Positions 44,044 to 56,289 of a stretch of 64,000 nt of DNA are shown in pieces. The position numbers were made by a program, and so were the translations under genes. The notes beneath the pieces were generated by a model. It worked only from the letters and a program-made list of their open reading frames with translations, did no database searches and was not told the DNA's origin. The stretch is from NCBI GenBank assembly GCA_951406725.2, contig OX597819.1:26598001-26662000 (forward strand), read 5' to 3'. Position 1 is the stretch's first letter; each line of letters starts with the position of its first letter. The DNA comes from Octopus vulgaris. Lineage: Eukaryota.

Positions 44044-44979
44044 GAAATGAAAAAAAATCGGCGACATATAGCGAACACGGAAACTTCTGATCTAATTCTC
44101 GAAATTAGGACAAATTTTGACATTTTTGTTCAACACGCAATGAATGTAAAAGATGCATGCTCCAAGATGTGCAATCACACACACAACCACGTATTTGAGA
44201 CACAAAAATTTTCACTGACGGGTTAAGCCTTCGCATCCTAACCTCAATTTATTCAGTTATATGAAAAGTTTAATTACCTCCACGAAATATTACCCAAAAA
44301 ATATATTTCGCGAAAAACATACGTTGAGTGAACATTTCATATGCATGAATGAAAATCACGTTTTCAAGCTAGCTTTGTACATGAAATTTAGAAAGACTTA
44401 TATCCATAACTTTAATGACAGGCCTCGAGTATTTCAGATTTTCTAATTTAAGCAACATTGCTGTGCTTGATATAAATGTTTAAATATCAAGTAATTCTTT
44501 CATTTTATTTCAATGCAACATCTAAACTGTTCCCTGAATAAAGTATTAGAGTTAATTTCGTTAAACTGCGAATATTTACAAAAAAAGCCTTGATCCCATA
44601 TTCTAAATTTTGAAGTCATAGATGCACGATAGCATTTTTATATACATTTTCCAACTAGCATAGATTATAGCTTACTTCAATGTAGCCAGTTCAATGTACC
44701 TAACGCGCAGAGAATGTAATTTAGGATCCCTAAAACCATTTACAAAGTCCCACAGGAACTTAGCACAGCAGCTACAGGAAAGAAATACTTGGAATATTCT
44801 AGAACGTATCGAAAAAATAGCGCAAGTGTATCAAAATTTGATTGTTTATGGTCCCTAACAACGTTATTATCATTACTTTTCGCATGAAAATTTTCATATC
44901 TCCCCCTGTACTTTAGAAAAGTATTTCCTTTTCAAATCTGAAAGTTTTAAAATTTTCCTTTCTTTCTAATCTCTTTCAG

Positions 44980-45244
44980 GATACAGTGATCCCTTTTGCA
45001 TGCTTGGAATTATGCCCAGCTGTCCAGTTGACTATTCGTCTAGCGAATCCACTTCCTCCTATCCGGACGATGAGAACCCACGATATCGCGATAAGAAAGG
45101 ACTGAAAAAGTTTTCGACGAGTAGCTTGCACAAGAAGAAAGATAAGCAGCAAGCTGTTAGAGACCTCTTGCCAGCGAAGCTTATACGGACGACCAATGTT
45201 AAAAAGAACACTTTAAATCCAGTGTGGAACGAGCGCTTCAGATT
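44980..45244 (+). CDS. BAIAP3: Internal exon of a BAIAP3/Munc13-4-like gene: C2A continuation (GYSDPFCMLGIMP...RDLLPAKLIRTTNVKKNTLNPVWNERFRL)
   Basis: Polypyrimidine acceptor ctctttcag|, donor TT|gtgagt; 265 nt; SDPxCMLGI, LPAKxI and TLNPVWxExF motifs are characteristic of BAIAP3/unc-13-4 C2A; phase matches exon 21944-22010. Confidence 0.9.
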
Positions 45245-46409
45245 GTGAGTTATATTTTTGCTTTTTTTTTATTCTGTGTATTAACCAGAGAGACAGATAG
45301 AGAGAGAGAGAGAGAGTAAGAGGGAGAGAGAGTGAGAGAGCGAGAGAGAACAAATTGTTGAAAACTTCATTAAAATTTCCGTTTACATATGTAAATCAAC
45401 ATAAACACCAAAGCAAACTATTTCCAGTTTTTCTGTGTATTCTGAAATATTATATCTACCTCCGATGTTTGAAAACAAATTGAATTGCTTTATAATTATT
45501 CGCGTGAAGATATTTCTGTTTTTCTTCGTCTTTCGTGTCGCTAAATTAGTTTTTCCGTATAATTCTTACTTCTATTACGTATCATTTTACTCTAAATTGT
45601 TCTGATTTTCGTGCAGCTTACTTGCTTTTGATATTTTCTCTGTATCTCTCATATATCGGAATAATCTAATAAAAGCATAACAAATTTCTGGAAGAGTATC
45701 TTTTGTAGGAATTAATGGTATAAAATTTAGATTTACTAGATTTTTAATTATATAATCAAGACGTAGAAAACGGTGGAATTTAATACATTATTTGTTGAAT
45801 ATGTCAGACGTAAGTACTCGTGATAGCGGTACACATTAATGGTCAAGCGAGAAATTTCTTGGAAATTATATGTCTATAATTTCCAATTTAAAATGAAAGA
45901 AATACATTGTATCGGAGCGAGTTGGTCTATTCTTGGGTTGATTAGGAGTATTAAAACTGTTGCTGAAAACTAGGTTGATCGTATCTCAGCTTTCAGAAAA
46001 CTCAATAACGCATTCAATCGATATTGGCATAGACAGTAACTTAACAGAAAGAAAGAATATGAAAAAAAATATTTACAGATAGATGATTTATATGTAATGC
46101 ATGCATAAAGAACCATTTGATAAAACTGGACAAAAATCACCGATTAAATACATTTGATGCACCACATTCAGCAAATGGAAGTATTCGGTGTTAAGAAATA
46201 TGCAGGACGCTAACGTCTGCGAAAGAATAATTGCATATGTCAACATGAACAGAAAACCCACACATGTAATGAGATTGGCTTTAATTGCATTAAGTTAAGA
46301 GAAATAGAATATGATGCTGAGATTTTACTGCTTCATCCAGCTAAAATCGCTAATTAAAAGTAATTAATATAATTAATTTCCATATCCTCATTTTCCACCT
46401 AAGACTCCA

Positions 46410-46930
46410 AAGACGGCGTGCTGGCAAAATCGTTAAGACATCGAACAAAAATGTATATTGGTATTTCTTCCGGCTTTTTATATTCATTCTTTCAGGGTCG
46501 ATAAAAGAAGAACCAGTTGAGTCTTGGAGCTCAACTGGTTCTTCTTTTATCGTTTCACACTCCTTCCTGAAATGTTAACGTTATACCAAAATTTTAAACC
46601 GTTATTAAGCAGACAGAATCGTTAGTATGTGGGGAAAATATTTTGAAGTATTTGTTTCAGCTAGTTAAGTCCTGGGATCAAATCCCGACGTAGTTGACTT
46701 GGCCTTTCTTTCTTTAAGTGTTGTGAAACTAAGGCAGTGTGCTGGTAGAAACTTAAGCACACATGATAAAATGCTTAGCGACATTTCGTCCGTCTCTATG
46801 TTCCGAGTTGAAATCCTGCCAAATCCTACTCTGCGTTTCATCCTTTCGGGGTCGATAAAATAAGTATCACTTACGCAATGGGTTCGGATCAGAATAATCG
46901 ACTAGCTCCCTCGCGCCAAAATTTCAGAAA
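46410..46930 (+). mobile_element. Cluster of old family B SINE remnants
   Basis: Repeated tttcatcctttcggggtcgataaaa..agta and degenerate heads; similar minus-strand clusters at ~41900-42320 and ~52480-53195. Confidence 0.6.
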
Positions 46931-47399
46931 AGATTTTAACATGAGAAACTACGGAAGTATTTTCTATCATCGTAACTATTAGTTATGCTAAATTCAGAAG
47001 TGTATGCTAAATTCTGAAAAAAATGGTTAATAGCTTACGGAACATATGACAAAAATTCAAATAATATTATACCACACTAGAGTCTCAAATCGTTCTTACA
47101 AAGTCCATAATGTGAGAATTGGTGGGGGGGCGTAAATTGGGGGATAGTGTCGATAAAAAAGAAGGAAATAGGTCAAATAGGGAAAACTGCTTATATACGG
47201 AAAACGGAAATAGAAAGTTATAATATAAGTTTAACGCTGCAAAGAACAAAAAGACGAAAGCTCTTCCTCAAACAAAAGAAGAAAAGAAAATAAAAGGACA
47301 AAGGAGGAAATAATGAAGAGACAGCAGGTCTGCATCTCGCGGTCAAGGTATAGTCTCCTTGGTAACATGCTGTGGAATGAGTAGATTTGTATTACACGC

Positions 47400-47458
<59 letters not shown>

Positions 47459-47463
47459 ATATG

Positions 47464-47737
47464 AATTAGAGATAAAACAGTGATAGACATAAAGCAATAC
47501 ATAGATAACCAATATATATGTATATAATTTTTTTAGATATATACCTTATAACTAGATCTCCAAAAGTATAAAATGAATGATAAATATATAATATAATATA
47601 ACATATTATATTATATATTTATCATTCATTTTATACTTTTTATATATAAAGTTATATATATATATATATTGGTTGTTTATGTATTGGTTTATGTCTATCA
47701 CTGTTTGAGTTGTATAATAATGATTTTATCTCTAATT
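47464..47737. repeat. AT-rich nested foldback element
   Basis: Outer inverted arms (aattagagataaaa..cagtgatagacataaa..caatacata) and inner hairpin 47562-47640; related termini at ~41133-41195 and ~47903-47963. Confidence 0.8.
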
Positions 47738-47817
47738 TATATTTTATATATTTATACTGTGAAATTTGATTTAATACTAAGTTGAATTTTTCCTTTTAAG
47801 TTTGGAGTTATACTCCC

Positions 47818-47901
<84 letters not shown>

Positions 47902-48174
47902 TAAATTAGAGATAAAACCACTATTAGGCAAATCAAACAATGAAAAACTTAAGCCAATACATAAAATTAATTAATTTATATTATTTTAAATATATATCAA
48001 AATTCTTAAAAGTTTAATAAAAGATAATGAGTAACCATGGTTCTGGGCTCAATCTCACTGAGTGGTACTTTGGGCAAGTTCTCTACTCTATCCTCGGGCT
48101 AACCAAAGCCTTGTAAGTGGATTGGGTAGAAAAGAAACTAAAAGAAATACGTCGTATATATGCAGTATATATAC

Positions 48175-48237
<63 letters not shown>

Positions 48238-48842
48238 CATATATACGGCGGAGAGTTACAGTTGCTGACAAAAGCAGAACAGTGGAGACATACAAGGAAA
48301 CCGAACGAAAAGAAAAATGTTCGCTATTTAACCCCTTCATGTTGTTTTCGTTCGGTTACCTTGTATGTCTTCACTGTCCTGTTTCTCTTACTAACTTTGA
48401 CCCTCTGTAAATCCCAAATTTTATTTTGCTTTACGGGAACAACTGCCTTTTGAAGACTCATATTGTCGTTCAATGCTCGAAATGAGTAGAACATGGACGG
48501 CCGACAAGTGATGAAGGGTCGTTATTTATGTTACTTGTCCTGTTTTCCATTTGTTTCTCTTGTTGTTTATTTATTGTTTTCGTATTTCATGTTGGTTATG
48601 GCTTTTCGTATTTATGTTGTTTACACTTTGTGTCATCCTGCACCCAAATATGCATATATATATATATACGTGTATATGTGTGTATGTGTATGTATACATA
48701 TGTATATATATCACGTGATCACGTGACCGACCAGACCATCAGATGTTGCTACACATCGCTGGTCACAATGCGTTCGCATTGTTTTAGCCTTCGAATGACG
48801 CCACCCCGCTGGCTAAGCGAGCAGGCCAATGTATATATATAT

Positions 48843-48912
<70 letters not shown>

Positions 48913-50511
48913 TATATTATTATTTGATTGAACATCACGCATCTATTTCCAAGTAAGTTCATCTTATATATATAAACACACACCCACATACACACGCACA
49001 CACACATACGCACACACATACATACACACACACACATACACACACGAATTAGGCTATAGTATGCGTCTGGGTGGAAATTTGGCTGTATTCAGTTCTTAAC
49101 TCTCTCCGCTCATGTTGATTTTGTTCGAAAGAAGCAAAACCAATCTTCTAAGTGTCAGAAGTTGAATGAACTTATAAATTATACTCGTGCATATGCGTCT
49201 CGGTAGTATTAGTCTTTCATTGTCCTATTTATCTATAGACATGTTTAAACATTATAGCAGAAGACAATGATTTAATAGCAAGATTGAGTTTCGCATGATC
49301 TTGGTATTATTTCAGTAAATCTATTTTAGCAACATGCAATTGGAAAATTCTCCAGTTAGTTTAACATTGTATCTTGCTCTGTATTTATCGAGTCAATTCG
49401 TCATTCAAAAGATGTTTGGAACTCATTGATTTTTAAACGTTTGACCCAAGACACACTTGTCAAATTTTCCTTTTGATGATAACTCGGCGAGAGCCCTGAA
49501 TTTATAGCATTCAAGTGGGGACAAGGAAGTATGTCTTAAATACTTTATGAATTTACTTTCATTGTTATCTTGTTTAAATATAATTGTTAATGGATAAAAA
49601 CTGAAGAAACGACTCAATGGACAGGGATATTGAAGCTGGAATACATAGATTAGACATAGATATATATGGTATGGGAAAATGAATGTGAATAAATATGTAT
49701 AAAGAAACAAAAGATTGGGTTAGAATGGCTATGGAGAAATGTGGTAGATATTTTCCTGTGTAAATTCCTGTATTCTAGTCTGAAAGTCTATGTCATCTAA
49801 TGATATTTCAATCGATACGTAGCTATAAGGAAGAATCGAGGAAGAAATATGATATAAACGTAAAGGGGAGAGGGGGGAAATACAAATGGGGGTCAAACTG
49901 AAGGCAAGTAGAAATGAAACAGTAACGAAAAGCATGTGACAGAACGGCATTGCATAATAAGAAATAATCCAAAAATAAATCGAAGGATTTTGACAGAAAA
50001 TATAGGAAATGTACTCACCTTGAAATCCATATCATCTGAAACTGATGAAATTAAATCCTCAGCATCTTGTAAGAATCATTCTACTAGCCATTTAATTACA
50101 TTCAAAGCTATTAAATTTAATTATGATTGACGGTTATGTAATGAAGCTTCAACATTTTTGTTGCACACCTGAAACCTTGTCACTTCCACAGTTCAATTGC
50201 TAATGTGTAATTGTGTCAGAGACCAGGTTACTCTTTTGACAAAAATTGTGACACTTCATGTAATACTTTTGAAATAAAAGTGGCTTTAATTAACAGCTTT
50301 TTTCTGTTATTAAATGGTTGGAAATATTTTACAATGAAGTAAAAATAAAACATCCAAATGAGTTAAAGTTGTATTTGGTAAGGTGATCTACGTAAACGCT
50401 ACCCTGATCCTAAATATTATAGCATTCCAAGTAGAACTGCGGCTTTAAGAAGTCCAGCATTAAAATGCGAAGTTTGTGTTAGATTACACGTTGCGGTACT
50501 GTAAGAAGGTA

Positions 50512-51792
50512 TTGAGACATCCCATAAATAATGCGGTTTTTCAATTTCTTGAACTAAAAGTCGGAAGAGAATAGGGTAAACTACCTGAATCAGCTTACTA
50601 TAAAAGGAGTTAGTAATTTTCCCTTGTATTTATTCTTAGTGCAAGTTTTGAAGAGTGCAGTTCAATTTTAACAGTTATTTTTTCAAAGATATATAGGAAG
50701 TGACAAAGGAGCATATTCGGCATATTTTGCTTTATGAGTTCAAAAAAGGGTACAACGCAACGAAAAGTGCGAGGAATATTAATGCAGTATATGGAGATTG
50801 GAAATAAGGGCAAGATAGTGTCAGCAGTGGTTCCAGAAATTCTGAGCCTGAAACTACTGGCTAGAAGACCAGCCTCGTCCTGTAGGATATGTAGAGCTCG
50901 ACGAGGACGTGCTGTAAACACTGGTGGAACAAAATCCCATCGTAACTGTTGAGGAACTAGCAGAGAAATTTGAACTTGGTCATTCAACCATTCATCGACA
51001 CCTACGTACCATCGGAAAAGTCAGCATATTGGGTTAATGAGCTTCTCTCAAACTTTCCGAGTCTAATCGCGCGCATAGAGTGAATATGTGCTCTTCTTTG
51101 CTGTCGCATCTCACGAATGAGCCTTTTTCGGACCGAATAATGACTGCTGAGGAGAAATGGGTTCTCTATAAAAGTGACAAGCGCCGAAGACAGTGTGTAG
51201 AGAATGGATAAACACCTGCACCCCATGCTAAAGAAGGTCTTCACCAACGTAAGGTGTTTTTATTTGTTTGGTGGGATTTGAATGTTTAGTCCACTCTGAA
51301 CTTTTAAACCCAAACCAAATGATAACAAAGGAGATCTACTTCGAGCAGCTGAAGTGGCTTAGGTTAACGCTAGAAGAAAACAGACCATCTTTGGTTTCAA
51401 AACAAAAAGTATTCTTCCGTCCGGATAATACTCGGTCACATACAGTAAGGTTGACATTCGAAAGCAGTTTGAATGGGAAACGATGCCCCACCAACCATAT
51501 TCACCAGGCATTGCACCCACTCCCATCTGATTATCATTTATTCCGCAATCTTCAAAATCATTTGGACGGGAAAATATGAATTCTTTAGACGAGGTAAGAA
51601 CAGTACTGGAGGAAGTATTTTTCATTACTGACAAGAGAACTGTGGAAGAGGCCTTACAAATCTATCAGATAGATCGAAGAGCATTGAAGAAATTGAAGGG
51701 GAGTATATTTTAGATGAAAAATAACTTTGTTTATCTAAATTTTGGAAAATAAAAGAAGTATAAAAAATCGCATTATTTATGGGATGACCCAA
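50512..51792 (+). mobile_element. Full-length, inactivated mariner element
   Basis: ~30-bp TIRs ttgagacatcccataaataatgcgg / cgcattatttatgggatgacccaa, TA TSD, 1281 bp; transposase remnants EHIRHILLYEFKKG, WFQKF, TAEEKW, PDNTRSH, PYSPGIAP, SDYHLFRNLQNHL with frameshifts. Confidence 0.95.
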
Positions 51793-52039
51793 TATATATT
51801 CTGCCATGGCACCAGGTCTACAAAAGGTGGTGAATGGAATTACTTTAACTGAAATTGGGAACATTTGTCACAATACCGTTCTTGGAAGGGTAGATAGAAC
51901 CCATCACTATGTTTGAAACCATCACTTGCTGCAAGGTTAACGTCACTAGAGTTCACACTATTCAGGATCGATCACTAGCCACAGAGGCCATGGATATTTC
52001 TCCTCCCCTTTGGAATATGGGAAAAACAATACTAATCAT

Positions 52040-52395
52040 AACAAGAGCACTCAGAGATCGCAAACCTCCACCAAGGCAACACCAACGTCCTCTCAATGAT
52101 TAACCAGAGATGATTTTTAAAATGTGAATATATGCTCGACCAACGAGGGTACTAAAAATGAACACGGCCGCTCAAAAAAAATACGTAAAAAAAAACGGGA
52201 AAATAATACAGAACCCTTGTCCAGTGCCAGGTCGATCCCAAAATCTATTCAGTTTTTTGCCGCTCACTAGGCCAAACTTCCCTGAAAGTTTCATCCGAAT
52301 CCATCCAGCGGTTCTTGAGATGATTTGTCCACGGACAAACAAACAAGCAAACACGATTGGAAACAATACCTCCGCCTTTGCTAAGGCGGAGATAA
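52040..52395 (+). mobile_element. Non-autonomous DNA element (pearl/DINE-like or Crypton-type)
   Basis: aacaagag start, acctccaccaaggc near the 5' end, (ACAA)n tract, 3' hairpin ctccgcc-tttgctaa-ggcggag. Confidence 0.6.
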
Positions 52396-53192
52396 TTATT
52401 GGGGTTTTTTTTTATAATTTGGAATCATATTTTCACAAAAGCCATCATAAGCCGGCGATTTTGAGGGCACAGAGCACTTGACTGGTACTTCTTTTATTAA
52501 CCTCGGAACGTAGAGAGACACAATAAATTAGCTAATCAGTATCCTAGTAATCAGTTATAACTGCTTCTAATTTATTTTAAAACTCATTAATCTTTAAAGA
52601 GAGAGATGGTTGAGAGTCCATTGTATCGATCCCCAGACTTAATTGTTCCTTTATTTTAGTGACCGCTGAACCTAATGAGGCCTATAAAGTGCGACAAGGC
52701 ATTTTATCCGACACCGAAACAACTCTAGCTACCCAGGATTTTTGTAATAGTCATAAGTGTTTCTAATTTAAACATAAATCTAACCATATTTTAAGGCAGA
52801 AGTTTATTTGGTACCAGTGATCCTAGTCCTTCAGTGATACATAATTTTATCGCTACACACCCTAAAAGGAAGAAAAACAATGTTGCGGACGGTGTGACTT
52901 AATGTCAGAACATAATGGGCCGGAAGAAATGCCGTAAAGCAGTTTCTCCGATAGTTTAACAATGCCCTCAATACACAGCGATAATAACTCTTTCCACTAT
53001 TTGCACAAGGCCTGAGATATTAGAGAGTGGAGATAGTCCATTATATTAACTCCAGTGCTTTACTAATGCTATCGATCCGAAAGAATAGACAACAAATTCG
53101 ACCACGGCGGAATTGCAAATTAGAACGTAAAGACGGGGGAAGTACCGCTATGAACGTCCGGCGCGCTAATGATTCTGTTATCTAGCCCCACC

Positions 53193-53227
<35 letters not shown>

Positions 53228-53228
<1 letters not shown>

Positions 53229-53610
53229 GAAGCACTCCGTCGGTTACGACGACGAGGGTTCCGGTTGATCCGAATCAACGAAACAGCCTGCTCGTGAAAT
53301 TAACGTGTAAGTGGCTGAGCACTCCACAGACACGTGCACCCTTAACGTAGTTCTTGGGGATATTCAGTGTGACACAGAGAGTGACAAGACCGGCCCCTTG
53401 AAATACAGGTACAACAGAAACAGGAAGCAAGAGTGAGAGAAAGTTGTGGTGAAAGAGTACAGCAGGGATCACCACCATCCCCTACCGGAGCCTCGTGGAG
53501 CTTTTAGGTGTTTTCGCTCAATAAACACTCGCAACGTCCGGTCTGGGAATCGAAACCGCGATTCTATGACCGCGAGTCCGCTGCCCTAACCACTGGGCCA
53601 TTGCGCCTCC
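53228..53610 (-). mobile_element. Family D SINE inserted in (AAT)n
   Basis: Reverse complement of 42942-43324; AAT runs on both sides. Confidence 0.9.
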
Positions 53611-53651
<41 letters not shown>

Positions 53652-53653
<2 letters not shown>

Positions 53654-55018
53654 TCAATTACTGAAATAAGTAATCTTGACAGAGAAATACGAAAACTGTT
53701 GACAATGCATAGAATGCACCACCCAAAGGCAGATACAGAACGACTTTATCTACCAAGAAAAGGGGGAGGCCGTGGACTTTTACAACTGGCAATAACAATG
53801 AAGATTGCTACTATTGAAGATTGCTACTATTGGTCTAGACACCTACCTGAAAAACTCTGAGGACTGGACGTTAAAACTTGTCTCAAAACATGAAAACAAG
53901 AAAGCATCATACTCAGTAACAAAACAGGCAAAGGAATATCTGAGTGAATTCCGAATACAACAAATTCCAGTACTAGACGTACTAGAAACAAGCGCAGAAA
54001 AAGCTAAACGCATGAAAACCCGTGCTAAAAATGCTGACTTAGATATTCTGTCTATAAATGACAAGAAAAACCTCTCAATGGCAAATATCCAAAGAGAGCG
54101 ATTAATGCCGATGTTGACAAAGGACTTAGCTAACAATGGCTAACGACTTCTGGCTTCAAATCACAAACAGAAGGGTTTATCATAGCAGCCCAGGATCAAT
54201 GCCTACCTACAAGATACTACCAGGCCATCATATTAATGAACGACAACTCGCCAATATGCCGTGTATGTCAACAACGAAATGAGACCATTGATCATGTTGT
54301 CTCTATGTGCAGTTTTCTTGAGCTTACATAGTATCTCAACGGACATAATAGAGCTGCACATTATATTCACTGGGTAATTTGCAAAAAAGTGGCCTGGCCC
54401 CATGATAAAAACTGGTGGGAACACAAAAAAGCCCTGTGCTTGAAAATGATCAGATCTCATACCTCTGGAACTTCACCATTCAAACTGACAGAAAGAGAGA
54501 TGCAAATAGGACAGACATCATATTAAAAGACTTTAGACAAAAATCATGCTTCCTCATTGATATGACTGTCCCAATCGATATAAACGTATCTGTCAAGACC
54601 AAAAACTGAGCAAGTATAAAGATCTTGAAATAGAAATTAGCAAATTGTGGAACCTGAAGACTAAAACAATACCTGTTGACATAGGTACCCTAGGAATGAT
54701 AGCAAAAGGGGCCGATTGCTACCTAGCTTAGATACCAAGAAACCCCCAATGGCAGGAATTTAAAAGATAGTATTCATGTGAACTGCCCATATTCTGCGTA
54801 AAATACTGTCCATACAATCTCAAATTTTAAAACATACACAATTTTCTTATGGTTTCTTTAACATTCTCTAGAAAAACACTATGTACAAAACCAAATATAT
54901 GGCACCCTAGGCTTTCACCAACATGAACTTCTAACTTGTCTCTTGACGTCTCTGGGTGAGATTTGGAGACAAATTGTACAAATGCAAAGGAAAAGTCAAA
55001 CATAAAATACTAATAAAA
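53652..55018 (+). mobile_element. 5'-truncated R4/Dong-clade non-LTR retrotransposon (RLE type)
   Basis: HPKADTERLYLPRKGGGRGL, AAQDQCLPTR, CRVC..ETIDHVVSMC knuckle, HNRAAHYIHW, ANRTDI..FLIDMTVP endonuclease, SKYKDL; begins directly after (AAT)n. Confidence 0.9.
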
Positions 55019-55570
55019 TGTTCTGATGCAGTACCAGGCAGTGGCTCTCATAGGTTCTGATCTTAATTGATTGGGAGTGTTATCATCTCCTTTTTTGTCT
55101 TGGTATAAAAGATGGGCTAAGGCAAATATTTAGCTCCATACCGCAGATTTGCTTGTCAGTTCATTAACGTAAACCAGTTGAGCATGTACCCTGGAGGTAG
55201 ATGATAAGTGCATCTCTGATCATGTGTAGAAGTAATGGGGGACCAGCATAGCCATAAGTTGAGAAGATTTCTTTGGAGTTTAAATAATTCACATTTCGAA
55301 ACATGGGTGTTTTGTTCATCATCCTTAATGAAACTTTATTCATGGACTATTTGAGCATGATGGGCTACTGGACCTAAAGAAAATTCCAACTGGGTCCCAC
55401 CTGAAAGTTCATGCCCTGTTTATCTTGATATACGTCCACCATATCACGCACGTATAGTTGTGATGTAAGTGCCTGATGTACCCTATCATACGGGTAACAT
55501 GATGGGTATAATGGCCTTCGTATATTTCACCCCAGTGTCACTCTGATGGCATGCAATGCTCTCTCATTCA
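55019..55570 (+). mobile_element. Second copy of the ~530-bp AAT-associated element
   Basis: Colinear with 15611-16143 (ctgatgcagtaccaggcagtggctctc...gatggcatgcaatgctctctc). Confidence 0.8.
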
Positions 55571-56289
55571 ATGATAACAATGGTGTTATATTTTTGATGC
55601 TTTATATTATGTTGGGCTAAATACAGATACAAATAATGCTTTCTATTTTCTACTGATGTAAATATGCTGACAGGGTGCATCAGTGTCTCTTGACTTACAT
55701 TAATATATAGGATTCATAAATACATGGATATGTATAGCATTCATAAATACATGGATATGTTCATTAGGAGAGACTTTGTCATATTTTTATCAGGTTCTGC
55801 TAACGTCCAAACAGAAATATACAAAAATTGTTTTTGTTTTCGATTATTTTCTTTTCTTTTCTTTTTTGATGTAACTATTATTGCTCACTAAAAATCGATA
55901 TATTCATGTCCTGAATACTTTGCTTCGGTTGACAATGCTTGTAGAATTATTTGGATCAGCTATAAATAGTAGACTTGAACTGAAATTAATCTGTTAGCTT
56001 ACAAGATGAGTTCTACGCAGAGTTATATTGTTGTAAAACAATTAATAATAATAATAACGTAAAATGTGGACGGGGAAAATGAAGTTATAATCAGTGTGTT
56101 TCAGACATCGCAAAACATAAATAGATTGTTTATGAGTCCTGTGTTGTCTCATGTATACGTGAGGTTGTCAGGATTCTAAAATGTTTTATTGTGTTTGGAA
56201 TTTGAGTCTTCTGTGTGCACACACAGACACACAGACATAAACACACACACACACACACATACACACATATATATATATATTTATGGATA

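Noticed and set aside
48715-48830. Possible HDV-like ribozyme (GUGACC/GGUCAC pairing, GGCUAAG motif)
   Set aside because: Could not build P3/L3, P1.1 or P2; more likely a repeat 3' fragment
55712-55760. 22-bp direct repeat attcataaatacatggatatgt x2 (also a 16-bp duplication near 53800 in Dong)
   Set aside because: Ordinary local slippage duplications
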